Shown piece after piece: positions 18,402 to 27,059 of a DNA stretch of 64,000 nt (position 1 is the first letter of the stretch; each line of letters starts with the position of its first letter). The stretch comes from a virus. The notes under the pieces were generated by a model. The model ran no database searches. It was not told the origin of the DNA and saw only the letters and a program-made list of their open reading frames with translations. The position numbers and the translations under genes were made by a program. The DNA is taken from positions 9,708 through 73,707 of the IMG/VR virus record IMGVR_UViG_3300036795_000211. The stretch is one strand, 5' to 3'.

Positions 18402-19235
18402 CTACTGAACGCCGTTACGAGCGGCCCAACGCGTCAGTGCCTGGTACGCACCCAGCACATCGGCATCGACCGAAGGACTGGGAGTCGGTGCCGGCGGGGC
18501 CGAGGTCAGTGCCTTCGGAACGTTTACGTCGCCGTTCTCGGAAAGCAGTCGCGCCCAGGTGTCCCACGACATGTAACCGCGGCCGTCCACGCCCCAGCTC
18601 GCCCCCCACGAGTTCTGGAAGCCGACGAGCTGCGGCTCGATCACGATCTCATCGAAGCACATCTCGTGTCCACCGGCCACTCCGGAACCCGGCGAGATCG
18701 AAATGACTCCCTTCGAGTTCGGAGTGAACATCGACTCGTAGAAGTTGAAGCCGGAGATGGTCGGCTGCTTCTCCAGCGCTCCGAGTGCCGTGCTAAGCGA
18801 CAGCGCGTGAAGGTACCCGGAGATGTACCCGTCGTTCTTCGCTGCCTTGCAGGCCGACGTTCCGTCCGATCCGGTGTCCTCGGAACCCGGAGCCGTGGGA
18901 TTCTTCCAGTTGTACGTTCCCGGGAACGAGTCGAGCGCCGTGGCCTCGCCGTAGAACTCCTGTGCGAGGTTCTCGCCTCGGGTCTGCATTGCCTGCTGGA
19001 GGATCGCCGTAAGCGCGTCCCAGAGCGGACCGGATGCACAGGCACCGCCGATAGCGTTTCCGGTACACGCACCGGTCTGAAGCTGGTCGTAAATCGGAAT
19101 GTGCCGCGGCCACTTCACCGGCGTGTACGTCGCCTCGCGTGTTGCGAGGAAGTGCAGGTTACGGGAGTCGAACGCGAAGTGGCGACCCAGTCTCGGGTCA
19201 CGAACGAGCGGATATCGGGCAGTTGAGATCGTCAT
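18402..19235 (-). CDS. Papain-like (C1) cysteine peptidase
   Basis: DQLQTGACTGNA (Gln/Cys), GGHEM (His), QNSWGASWG.DG (Asn); ATG 19235 overlaps the MuF stop. Confidence 0.85.
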   Translation of the reverse strand: MTISTARYPLVRDPRLGRHFAFDSRNLHFLATREATYTPVKWPRHIPIYDQLQTGACTGNAIGGACASGPLWDALTAILQQAMQTRGENLAQEFYGEATALDSFPGTYNWKNPTAPGSEDTGSDGTSACKAAKNDGYISGYLHALSLSTALGALEKQPTISGFNFYESMFTPNSKGVISISPGSGVAGGHEMCFDEIVIEPQLVGFQNSWGASWGVDGRGYMSWDTWARLLSENGDVNVPKALTSAPPAPTPSPSVDADVLGAYQALTRWAARNGVQ

Positions 19236-19900
19236 GCGTTGCCTCCTGTTGGTAGCATTCGAGCACCCCGATGCGGAGCACCGGGGAAACACCGACAGTG
19301 AACGTGGACCGTTCCCGGCCAGCCGATCTTCGGCGGGATTAGCGCACTGAAATTCTTGCCATTAGCGTTCCGACACTCCGCCGTCGTTCGGCTATCGTTC
19401 TTGCTATACCACCCGAGAACCGTACCGTACTGCTGTCCTAGCGCGTCGATCGTGGACGCCGCTATTATCCGTTGTGCCGACGCTTGAATGTGCTGCCCGT
19501 AAAACCGTCGCTCCGCATACCGAGCAGTGTTTGCCGCTACGTTTGGGTTCTCACCGTGCGCGCGGGCTTCTGCAATTTCCCGACGCAAACGTGTAAGCGC
19601 ATTCACGAGGTACGCGGAGCGACGGAGCTCGTTCTCGCGGATCATTTCGGCTTGTGCGGCTCCGACACCTTGCATCTGCGGCATCGGGAACTCGTCGATT
19701 ATCGCTAGTGCGATCTGCAGTGCGGACATTCCGACCTTGTCGGCGACCCGAATACCGAGCAACCGCGAGAGCGCGGGAAGGGCAGCCGTTGCACTAAGGA
19801 ACATCGAACCGCCGAGGATTAGCGCTACGGTTCCGACCAGTGCGGTATTGCTTTGCTGCGGCGGAATCTGCGTTTGCGTGTTAGGCTGCACGCTGTCCAC
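19232..19900 (-). CDS. MuF-like head morphogenesis protein (short form)
   Basis: GWYSKNDSRTTAECRNANG..PGTVHVHCRC motif; directly after portal. Confidence 0.85.
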   Translation of the reverse strand: MDSVQPNTQTQIPPQQSNTALVGTVALILGGSMFLSATAALPALSRLLGIRVADKVGMSALQIALAIIDEFPMPQMQGVGAAQAEMIRENELRRSAYLVNALTRLRREIAEARAHGENPNVAANTARYAERRFYGQHIQASAQRIIAASTIDALGQQYGTVLGWYSKNDSRTTAECRNANGKNFSALIPPKIGWPGTVHVHCRCFPGAPHRGARMLPTGGNA

Positions 19901-21389
19901 CTCCGGCGGCTGCGGCTAGCTTCGATGCAGCATCTGCGGCCCCCGCGATACGTGCGGCACCTTGACCGATCGGCGAGGCGCCCATCGCACTTGCTTGCGC
20001 TGCCTGCTGTGCTCGGTAATCGGCAGCGTGGGACAGGATCGTCACTACCTTGTCCTGCGGAAGGTTGAAGATGGTCGACACCTTTTCGGCCACCAGGTCA
20101 AGGAACTCCGGCGGGATGTTCAACTTCGGAGCAGCCATTCCGGCCTGCAGCAATCCGACGATCTGTGCCGAATCGGTCTGCGACAACGGTGAGGAGACCA
20201 AGCGGGGCACCTTCGCATTCGCACCCCACTTGTTTAGGATGCACAACGGTGCCGTAACCTCGGACGTAAACTGGTCGCAGATCTCCGTTTTCACGGCCTC
20301 GCGGTGCTTGAGGAAGAAGTCGGACTGCGACTCGGACAACGCATAGGACCCGCGACCCAGCGCTGCCGCATTACCGAGCTCCAAGAACCCGGCTAGAACG
20401 CTTCGACTCTGATAGCTCTGGAGGAACTGCAGCGCGGCTTGAAACTGCTGCGCGCCCTGACCCTGCGAGGCGATTACGTCGAATAGCTTTCCACCTTGCG
20501 GCGGACGCTGAAAGCCCGCCACTCCGGAGGACTTCATCGACGCGATCGTTTCGGCTATCTCATTCGCCGAGGTCGGGTCCGGTCCGTAGGCCGCAATCTT
20601 CGGAAGCGATTGCTGCTCGAGGAACTGGAACCACAGGAACAGCAGCTTCTGCTTCTGCTTGTAGCACCAGTACGTTACGTCCATGTCGGAGATACCCGTC
20701 AATGGCTGACGGTGCATTCCGTGAATGAACACGAACGCTCTCGGCTTGTAGATCCGAATGTAACCGTCCCAGTTGTTTCCGAATCGCTCCTTGGCTTTCG
20801 GGTTCGTTGAGAACCACCACGCACGCTGACGGAATCCGGTCATCTTTGCCGTGTGTTCGTCCCGCATCACCTCACACGTCTCCGGAGGACGCCAGTTCAG
20901 CGACTCGAGCTTGACGACATTACCTTCGGGGTTCGTCCACTCCTTCTCGAAGAACGCCTTTCGGTGGTACGTACCTCCGGACATCTGACCGATGATCGTC
21001 GACATATTCGGAGTGATACCGCCGGCCTCGACCGGACTCTCGAGCTGCTCCTGCACCAGATCGAGCTCTCCGGTGTCACCCTTCTGTCCTTCGAAGCTGT
21101 ACGTAGCTGCACGTATCGGCAGGGTCAGTGCTTGCTCGATCATGATTGCGTCGCCGTCTCGACGAAGCATTTCGTCGAGGTCCCGGATCTTCCATTCGCC
21201 GGTCTCGAATACCGAACCGTCCTGGAACGAGACGAACATCCGGGTGTAGAGGTCGAACGCCGTACCCGATTCACCCTGCAGTAGCCGACGCTTCTGCGCC
21301 TTCGTAAGCTTCGGAAGGGAATCGATAACGTCCTTCGGAGCGGGAGGCGGCTTCTTCCGGGCTAGCCCGTTTCCGGCGATCGTAGCCAT
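19881..21389 (-). CDS. Portal protein (Mu gp29/DUF935-like)
   Basis: 502 aa after TerL; KAFFEKEW, PLTGIS and GSYALSESQSDFF motifs. Confidence 0.85.
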   Translation of the reverse strand: MATIAGNGLARKKPPPAPKDVIDSLPKLTKAQKRRLLQGESGTAFDLYTRMFVSFQDGSVFETGEWKIRDLDEMLRRDGDAIMIEQALTLPIRAATYSFEGQKGDTGELDLVQEQLESPVEAGGITPNMSTIIGQMSGGTYHRKAFFEKEWTNPEGNVVKLESLNWRPPETCEVMRDEHTAKMTGFRQRAWWFSTNPKAKERFGNNWDGYIRIYKPRAFVFIHGMHRQPLTGISDMDVTYWCYKQKQKLLFLWFQFLEQQSLPKIAAYGPDPTSANEIAETIASMKSSGVAGFQRPPQGGKLFDVIASQGQGAQQFQAALQFLQSYQSRSVLAGFLELGNAAALGRGSYALSESQSDFFLKHREAVKTEICDQFTSEVTAPLCILNKWGANAKVPRLVSSPLSQTDSAQIVGLLQAGMAAPKLNIPPEFLDLVAEKVSTIFNLPQDKVVTILSHAADYRAQQAAQASAMGASPIGQGAARIAGAADAASKLAAAAGGGQRAA

Positions 21390-23164
21390 CAGTCCCAGCC
21401 TCCGCTAGTGTCGTACGAATGCACGTTCGTGTGCGTATGTCCGCCGGTCCGGGTCAATCCGGCCTGCGCTAGTTGCTCAATCCGATTCCGTGCGTCATTC
21501 GCGCTTCTCCGTGAACGGGACGCGGGGGGTCCAGGAGCCCATTCGTCCAGGTCCTCTTCTCCGACGCTGTAGGCATGTATCCGCGCTCGCCCCTCCGAGC
21601 TCGAATCGGGCCAGAACGTCATCACGATTGCGTCACCGCAGTCCGGTGAGCGCTTGAGCCGCTTTACGACATTCTCTTTCGGCTCTACGGCGATGATCCC
21701 GCCGGTCTTTACCTTCCACGTCGGGATCGTGAGATCGGCAAGGAGATCCTCATCCCGCGGAAACGCCACGTTACCCGGTCCGTTTACGGGGTCCAGCAAC
21801 TCCCGGACATGCCAGTACGCTGCTGAACGGATATTTGCGAATCCGAACTCTCCGGTAACGTCACGGAGTCCCTCGGCTCGTCCGGCACCGATATACGGAA
21901 TAACCGGAAGTCGCGTATGCCGAATCTTGTTCACGACGCCAATTCCGATTCCCGTGGCGTCAACGCAGGCCAGCGCTCCGCCGATTGTCTGAAGCCGACC
22001 GATCAAACGCGAGGCCGTGGTTTCGGTGTCCTGCTGTCCGACGCGTTCCATCGACATCACGATCGGACCGACACGGTTCGTCATCACCGTCTCGTCCTTT
22101 CCGGTGTCGGCAACGTCGCACCCTAGGATCAATCGACCGTCCGGGCGTGGGCGACCCGCCTCGTCCCACAAGTCCCACCGGCGGAAGGCGGATTCGATCC
22201 ACGAGAGAGGAATGAGCCCTTCGGACCCTTCCTCCGGGGGCCTCCCGCGGACCTTGCTCCACCACAGCGCCGGTTCACGCCAGCGTACCTTACCAGTTTC
22301 GGGGTCTTCGAATCGTCTTACGCCCCAGCGCTCCATTCGCTCGTGTACCCATACGGGAGAGAGGAGAACGTCGTTCCATTCCTTGCGGATGTACAACGGG
22401 ACCTGCATCTCACGGAGCTTCTTGTCCGCCGGCGGAATACCGTTGTCGATCATGTACTGCTTCAGGTCCGGGTACTTCGAGACCGCTTTCTTCGTGAAGT
22501 TCGGGGTGCGCAAACCGTCGATCGGTACGACATTCCATCCGGACCCCGGGCGGACCACCTTCGCAAAATGCGAGTCCGCCGAATCGGGGTTACCAATAGC
22601 CAGGACATGAGCCGCACCCGAAGAGGCCAACGTGTCCGCCGCGATCCAAAGCGCCTCGGGAATGCCGTCAGCTTCCTCCAGCACGATGAGAATGAACTTC
22701 GCATGAATACCCTGGAACGATGCAACTTCGGTAGGACGACGACCAAAAGCCACGAGCTCGTCACCAATACGCCATTGCGGATATCCTGCACGGGTGAGCC
22801 TCCCCCGTAGCTTTGCCATCGTGTGGACCTTCTGCAACTCGCGCCAGAGTACGGACTCGACCTGGGCGGAGGTCGGTGCGGTCGTGACGACAAACGCACT
22901 ACCGACCGGATGCGAGTCAATGAAGTGGCCGACCTTCATTGCGGAGTAACGTGACTTACCTGCGGCGTGGCAACTGGGCACCGCCGTATAGCGATTCTCG
23001 ACGACCGATTGATTAATCGCAATCTGGGCAGGCGTTAGCCACGTTCCCAAGCGGGTCTGCGACCAGCGTTCGAACGAGTCCGTCGTTCGCGGCTGGAACA
23101 TTGCCGCTGCTAGCGCAAGTGGATCCGTGTCGATCAAGTCACTCGCGGTAAGCAATTCCGTCAA
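21389..23164 (-). CDS. terL: Terminase large subunit
   Basis: Walker A SCHAAGKS, TAPT..QV, Walker B ILIVLEEADG, IGNP, nuclease GCDVA..G.D and SPDCGDA; start uncertain. Confidence 0.95.
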   Translation of the reverse strand: MTELLTASDLIDTDPLALAAAMFQPRTTDSFERWSQTRLGTWLTPAQIAINQSVVENRYTAVPSCHAAGKSRYSAMKVGHFIDSHPVGSAFVVTTAPTSAQVESVLWRELQKVHTMAKLRGRLTRAGYPQWRIGDELVAFGRRPTEVASFQGIHAKFILIVLEEADGIPEALWIAADTLASSGAAHVLAIGNPDSADSHFAKVVRPGSGWNVVPIDGLRTPNFTKKAVSKYPDLKQYMIDNGIPPADKKLREMQVPLYIRKEWNDVLLSPVWVHERMERWGVRRFEDPETGKVRWREPALWWSKVRGRPPEEGSEGLIPLSWIESAFRRWDLWDEAGRPRPDGRLILGCDVADTGKDETVMTNRVGPIVMSMERVGQQDTETTASRLIGRLQTIGGALACVDATGIGIGVVNKIRHTRLPVIPYIGAGRAEGLRDVTGEFGFANIRSAAYWHVRELLDPVNGPGNVAFPRDEDLLADLTIPTWKVKTGGIIAVEPKENVVKRLKRSPDCGDAIVMTFWPDSSSEGRARIHAYSVGEEDLDEWAPGPPASRSRRSANDARNRIEQLAQAGLTRTGGHTHTNVHSYDTSGGWD

Positions 23165-23205
23165 CGAGGTCCAATAGGCCGGAGGTGCAGGTATATAACT
23201 GCATC

Positions 23206-23232
23206 ATACCCCTGTCGGTAGCTTTCCAAACC
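23206..23232 (-). promoter_or_regulatory. SigF/SigB-type promoter GGTTT-N16-GGGTAT upstream of terL
   Basis: Exact GGWWT-N16-GGGTAY in the terS-terL gap. Confidence 0.6.
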
Positions 23233-23829
23233 TCAGCTACCTAGCACTTTTCCTTCGATTGGCAGGACCTTATTCGTTTCCGGCTCACCGCCAGTCGTGG
23301 CGAGTACCAGCCAGCGGTAGATCGTGGCCCGAACCTGGTCGTCATCGGCATCGATTCCGAGATCGCCAAGCATACCGATAATTGCCCGACCCAGGTTCTC
23401 GGCCTGTCGTTCGGCGAGTCGGACGCGTCGTTCCTCAATCCCCGCCGCCAACGCGGTACGACAGATACTCGCGAGGTGCTTCCGTTCCTGCAGGTATAGG
23501 TCAACCCACAACGACCCAGCGTCCGAAAAGGAACTGAGGTCGATCTCCCGCGGATTGATGTAACCGGACTGCCTCCGGACAAGCCACAGCGACTTGACGA
23601 ATGTCAGCGGATCGCTTAGCTGGATCTGCTCGCGCAGCCATTCGATGTGTCCGGCGGTACGGCGGATCTCCTGCAGCAGCACTTCGGCCGGATCCGTGAT
23701 ATCCGAATCGTCACCGTAGAACGCTCTCGCCTTGGACCGGTAGCTTCGGGCCAGCGACGTATCGCCGTTTACCGACCGTGCCGTTCGGCGTACCTTGCGT
23801 GCGCCCGGGGTCATGTTCTTCGCAGCCAT
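23233..23829 (-). CDS. terS: Terminase small subunit
   Basis: DPAEVLLQEI..ER..L...ALAAGIEERRVRLAE actinophage TerS pattern; first gene of the late arm. Confidence 0.75.
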   Translation of the reverse strand: MAAKNMTPGARKVRRTARSVNGDTSLARSYRSKARAFYGDDSDITDPAEVLLQEIRRTAGHIEWLREQIQLSDPLTFVKSLWLVRRQSGYINPREIDLSSFSDAGSLWVDLYLQERKHLASICRTALAAGIEERRVRLAERQAENLGRAIIGMLGDLGIDADDDQVRATIYRWLVLATTGGEPETNKVLPIEGKVLGS

Positions 23830-23838
23830 ATCCTGGTT

Positions 23839-23865
23839 GTACCCCGAAATGGCTTAACGTATTCC
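23839..23865 (-). promoter_or_regulatory. SigF/SigB-type late promoter GGAAT-N16-GGGTAC with overlapping dyad
   Basis: Exact GGWWT-N16-GGGTAY 9 nt before the terS ATG; cccgaaatgg-N11-ccgtttcggg inverted repeat. Confidence 0.7.
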
Positions 23866-23887
23866 GTTTCGGGTAAGACAAAAACTT

Positions 23888-23916
23888 TTGCCGATTCGAA
23901 AATCTTCTGCTATAAT
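23888..23916 (+). promoter_or_regulatory. SigA/HrdB-type promoter TTGCCG-N17-TATAAT (leaderless HNH mRNA)
   Basis: ATG lies 6 nt after the -10 element. Confidence 0.75.
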
Positions 23917-23922
23917 AGCGGT

Positions 23923-24306
23923 ATGGAAACGGAAACGTATGCGCACTACCACAAACGACACGTTCGAGTCTATAAGATTCGCGGCAAGGCGCGTGCGCAG
24001 CCGTGTTTCGTTTGTCACGGAGCAGCAACGGAGTGGGCGACGCTACACTGGTCAAACGGTTCCGATCCACTTAACGACTACGTTCCGATGTGTCCACTCT
24101 GCCACGGCTGGTACGATTCAACTGAGAAGGACGGTCAGATGAAGATTGTCTACCCGCCGAGTTCGAAGCGTCGTCGCATAACCGTTGATAAACCGTGCAC
24201 GAATTGCTTGGAGCCGACGCATTCGCAAATCGGAATCTGCTACCGTCCTAGCTGTCGTCAAGCGTATCGCCGAACGTGGTCGCGGATACGACGCACTCGA
24301 AGCTGA
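23923..24306 (+). CDS. HNH-like endonuclease
   Basis: Y..YH.R..RGKA..CFVC..A.EWA..YVPMCPLCH..YD; paralog at 51407. Confidence 0.7.
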   Translation: METETYAHYHKRHVRVYKIRGKARAQPCFVCHGAATEWATLHWSNGSDPLNDYVPMCPLCHGWYDSTEKDGQMKIVYPPSSKRRRITVDKPCTNCLEPTHSQIGICYRPSCRQAYRRTWSRIRRTRS

Positions 24307-24308
24307 CG

Positions 24309-24337
24309 TTGCCGGCCGCCTGCAGGCATGATATACT
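24309..24337 (+). promoter_or_regulatory. SigA-type promoter TTGCCG-N17-TATACT
   Basis: Consensus match, intergenic, TGn extended -10. Confidence 0.7.
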
Positions 24338-24363
24338 CACGGTGTGAGAGGGAGGTGGCGCAT

Positions 24364-24615
24364 ATGGCCGACAACGGCCCAGCTGCGATACTGAAGGACA
24401 TCGAGGAGTTCACGAGGGCGCTCGGCAACCAGGCCTCGCAGGACGTCCTCGAGATGCATCTCAAGGACCTGACCCCGGACGACATCAAGCTGCGATACCT
24501 GTTCGCATGCCAGATGATGGCTTCGTTCCTCGAGCCGGCGGTCCGTAAGGACATGCACATCGGCATGATCAAGATGATGGCGGCGCATGACGGAGTGGAC
24601 CTCGATGACGAGTAA
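24364..24615 (+). CDS. Hypothetical protein
   Basis: GGAGGT RBS; high GC3. Confidence 0.6.
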   Translation: MADNGPAAILKDIEEFTRALGNQASQDVLEMHLKDLTPDDIKLRYLFACQMMASFLEPAVRKDMHIGMIKMMAAHDGVDLDDE

Positions 24616-24869
24616 AGCGGAGCACTGGGACGCAACGCCCGGCGTACTGTACGATCTCGATTGGCGACAGTGCCGGTCGTGCCTGCACTGGCACCAGGTC
24701 ACGCAGGAGGACCTGGACGGCAGCGCTGATGCGATCCCGGACCCGGAGCACCCGGACACGGTAATGCTGACCAACGAGCCCGGGAACACCTGTCCGGACT
24801 GCGGTGGCGAACTCGGCGAATGGCTGCCCCGCAATGCGACGGGTCGCGACGAGAACGGAGAGCTGACCT

Positions 24870-25142
24870 ATGAGTAACGCGGTCGAGGAGTGGGTCAAGC
24901 GACACGGTCCGAACGTTACGGACGTGATACCGGGGACGGTCGAGTTCGCAATCGAAACGGACTACGAGTGCGCCCCGACGCTTTCGATAAGTTGGTCGCA
25001 GAAGGTGACTCGCCGGGGACCGAAGTACCACGGAGAAGCTGAGCGACGAACGCGGGAGATGACCGAACATACAACCTGGCATCTCGGCGTTTCCGAGATC
25101 GACCTCACGGCGATGATCAACGAGATCGTGGACGGGACATGA
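24870..25142 (+). CDS. Hypothetical protein
   Basis: Coupled ORF chain. Confidence 0.5.
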   Translation: MSNAVEEWVKRHGPNVTDVIPGTVEFAIETDYECAPTLSISWSQKVTRRGPKYHGEAERRTREMTEHTTWHLGVSEIDLTAMINEIVDGT

Positions 25143-25390
25143 GCACCTGTCGGCGACACACGTCAATCACCGTCACGGTACGCGGGAGGCCCCGCTGCGG
25201 GTGGTGTGGCCACCGGGTCCCGGACGCTGCGGGTGTCGCGCCAGGTCAAACCCGGGACATGATGCTGTCGCACCCCGCAGGAGCTGCTCGGATCGCAGTC
25301 ACGGAGTTGCTGGACCGCCGTCGCGCTCGGAGGCGCGCCCAGGACAGCGGACAGCAGCGCAACGTCGCATAAAGAGCCAGCTCAGGCCGC

Positions 25391-25419
25391 TTGACACGCC
25401 GCCCGGCTGCATGTAGTCT
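25391..25419 (+). promoter_or_regulatory. SigA-type promoter TTGACA-N17-TAGTCT
   Basis: Consensus match, intergenic. Confidence 0.75.
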
Positions 25420-25474
25420 TGAGAGGTGGGCAAGAGCCCACGACCCAGACACCCACGAGATGGGAAGGCACGAG

Positions 25475-26218
25475 ATGCCTACACACATCCGCCTGCCGCA
25501 CAATGTCCCCGACACCCGGTCGAATGAGGCCAGCCCCAAGCAGATCGCGTTGCTGGAGCGCTTGATCGAAGAGCGCGAGATGACGGACGAGCAGGCGTCC
25601 TGGTACATCGACAGGATCTACCGGCACCGCAACCAGACAAACCCGTACCTCATCTCGAAGACCGAGATCAGCAAGTGGTTCGGCAAGCGCGAGCTCGGAA
25701 CCGGCCTGTTTGGTCGGCCACTACGGACCGGGATGGTTCCGGACCACAAGAAGGCGTTCGTGGCCGAACCGTTCGGAACCCCGGTCCAGGACGTCGGAGA
25801 GCAGCACCTGGCAGTTCCGGCGAACTTCACCGAGGTCGCCCGTACCCGTCCCCGTCCGCCTGTTCAGCCAGTGCGTAACCGAGTGGCCGCCGAGGTTGGC
25901 GTGTACCGGCACAACGGTAAGGTGTACGTGGTCCGCAAGCGGCGGGGCCGCGAGTACCGTTACGCCACCGTCCTGGTCGAACTCGGCCTCCCGCGTTTGA
26001 ACGAGCACGGCCAGACAGTTACCCACGATTTCGTGCAGGCGCACGGAATGCAGTACGAGCTCAGTGCCGAAGAGCGCATCACGGACGACGAGGAGATCAA
26101 GGCGCTGTGCATTCAGGTGGGCCGTTGCATCATGTGTAGCCACGCCATCTGGCAGGCCAAGTCGGTCGCGCGGATGATGGGAACCCGTTGCTACAAGCGG
26201 GCGCACGGCCTGATCTGA
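25475..26218 (+). CDS. Hypothetical protein with C-terminal Cys-rich (DUF6011-like) domain
   Basis: ASPKQIALL N-motif; CIMC..SVARMMGTRC C-motif; RBS GGGAAGG. Confidence 0.6.
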   Translation: MPTHIRLPHNVPDTRSNEASPKQIALLERLIEEREMTDEQASWYIDRIYRHRNQTNPYLISKTEISKWFGKRELGTGLFGRPLRTGMVPDHKKAFVAEPFGTPVQDVGEQHLAVPANFTEVARTRPRPPVQPVRNRVAAEVGVYRHNGKVYVVRKRRGREYRYATVLVELGLPRLNEHGQTVTHDFVQAHGMQYELSAEERITDDEEIKALCIQVGRCIMCSHAIWQAKSVARMMGTRCYKRAHGLI

Positions 26219-26256
26219 ACCGAGAGCGTGAGGTGCCCCGGGGCCTACAACCCGGG

Positions 26257-26406
26257 GGCCTTGCGGTCCGGCTTCAAGGGAAAGTACGAAAGCTAGCGGG
26301 TCGGCCTGGCAAGCCGGTATAGTACCTCTCGCTGCCGAGCGAAACGTTCGCGCAATCGGTGGTCTACCGAGGGTCCCGTTTCCCCTTGAAGCCGGTCCGG
26401 AAGGCC
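26257..26406 (+). ncRNA. Predicted structured intergenic RNA
   Basis: Perfect 13-bp helix 26268-80/26383-95 extended by ggcctt/aaggcc; internal helices ctgccga/tcggtgg, gcgaa/ttcgc, tcggc/gccgg. Confidence 0.5.
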
Positions 26407-26424
26407 GAGAAGAAAGGAACACTG

Positions 26425-26964
26425 ATGCCTACACCCGGAGGTCTGCCGAAGCGAGGCGACCGCATGGAGAACGACATGTACCCGAACGTCCTATTCGAGG
26501 TGATCGAGAGGACGTCACCGACCGTCCCGTTCATCGCGTGGATTCGCCGAGTCGACGGAAAGGAGCTCCCGCCGGGATTCGGCAGCAATCACACCCGCAA
26601 CAACCGCCGCGAGTGGTCGTTGCTCTGGGAGACATCGGAGATGCCCGGAAAGTGGCACTTCTCCGATGCAATTCCGCCACGAGTGATTCCGCTGGAGGAG
26701 AAGAAGAACGTCACGATGGTGACCGGTCCGCCGCAGTTCACGGTGTCGATCACCGAACGCGAGGAGTACTTCTCCTTTCAGCCGCAGCGTCGCATCCCGA
26801 CCATTGCCTCCCGCGCCAACTGGGAGGACTACATGGACTCGCACAACACGCCGGCCGCAGCGTACGAGGCCTGTGACCGGTCGCAGAAAGCGTTCGGCGA
26901 GAACGTAGAGTGGCGCGTGGTGCTCAAGCGTACGACGGTCGATGTCGTACACCGCACCAGTTAA
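26425..26964 (+). CDS. Hypothetical protein
   Basis: AAAGGAA RBS before ATG 26425. Confidence 0.6.
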   Translation: MPTPGGLPKRGDRMENDMYPNVLFEVIERTSPTVPFIAWIRRVDGKELPPGFGSNHTRNNRREWSLLWETSEMPGKWHFSDAIPPRVIPLEEKKNVTMVTGPPQFTVSITEREEYFSFQPQRRIPTIASRANWEDYMDSHNTPAAAYEACDRSQKAFGENVEWRVVLKRTTVDVVHRTS

Positions 26965-26982
26965 ACCAGCCCCTGGTTCCCG

Positions 26983-27012
26983 TTGACAAGCCCCGTCCAC
27001 ATCGGATAGGCT
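26983..27012 (+). promoter_or_regulatory. SigA-type promoter TTGACA-N18-TAGGCT
   Basis: Consensus match upstream of the histone-like gene. Confidence 0.7.
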
Positions 27013-27059
27013 GGTGTCCAGAGCACCAGTTATCGCCCACCACAGGAGGCACTACCCAG

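Noticed and set aside
1-23800. Many plus-strand ORFs over the virion operon (e.g. 7730-8599, 15038-16090, 18309-19226)
   Set aside because: Antisense shadows of high-GC3 minus-strand genes; no RBS or motifs
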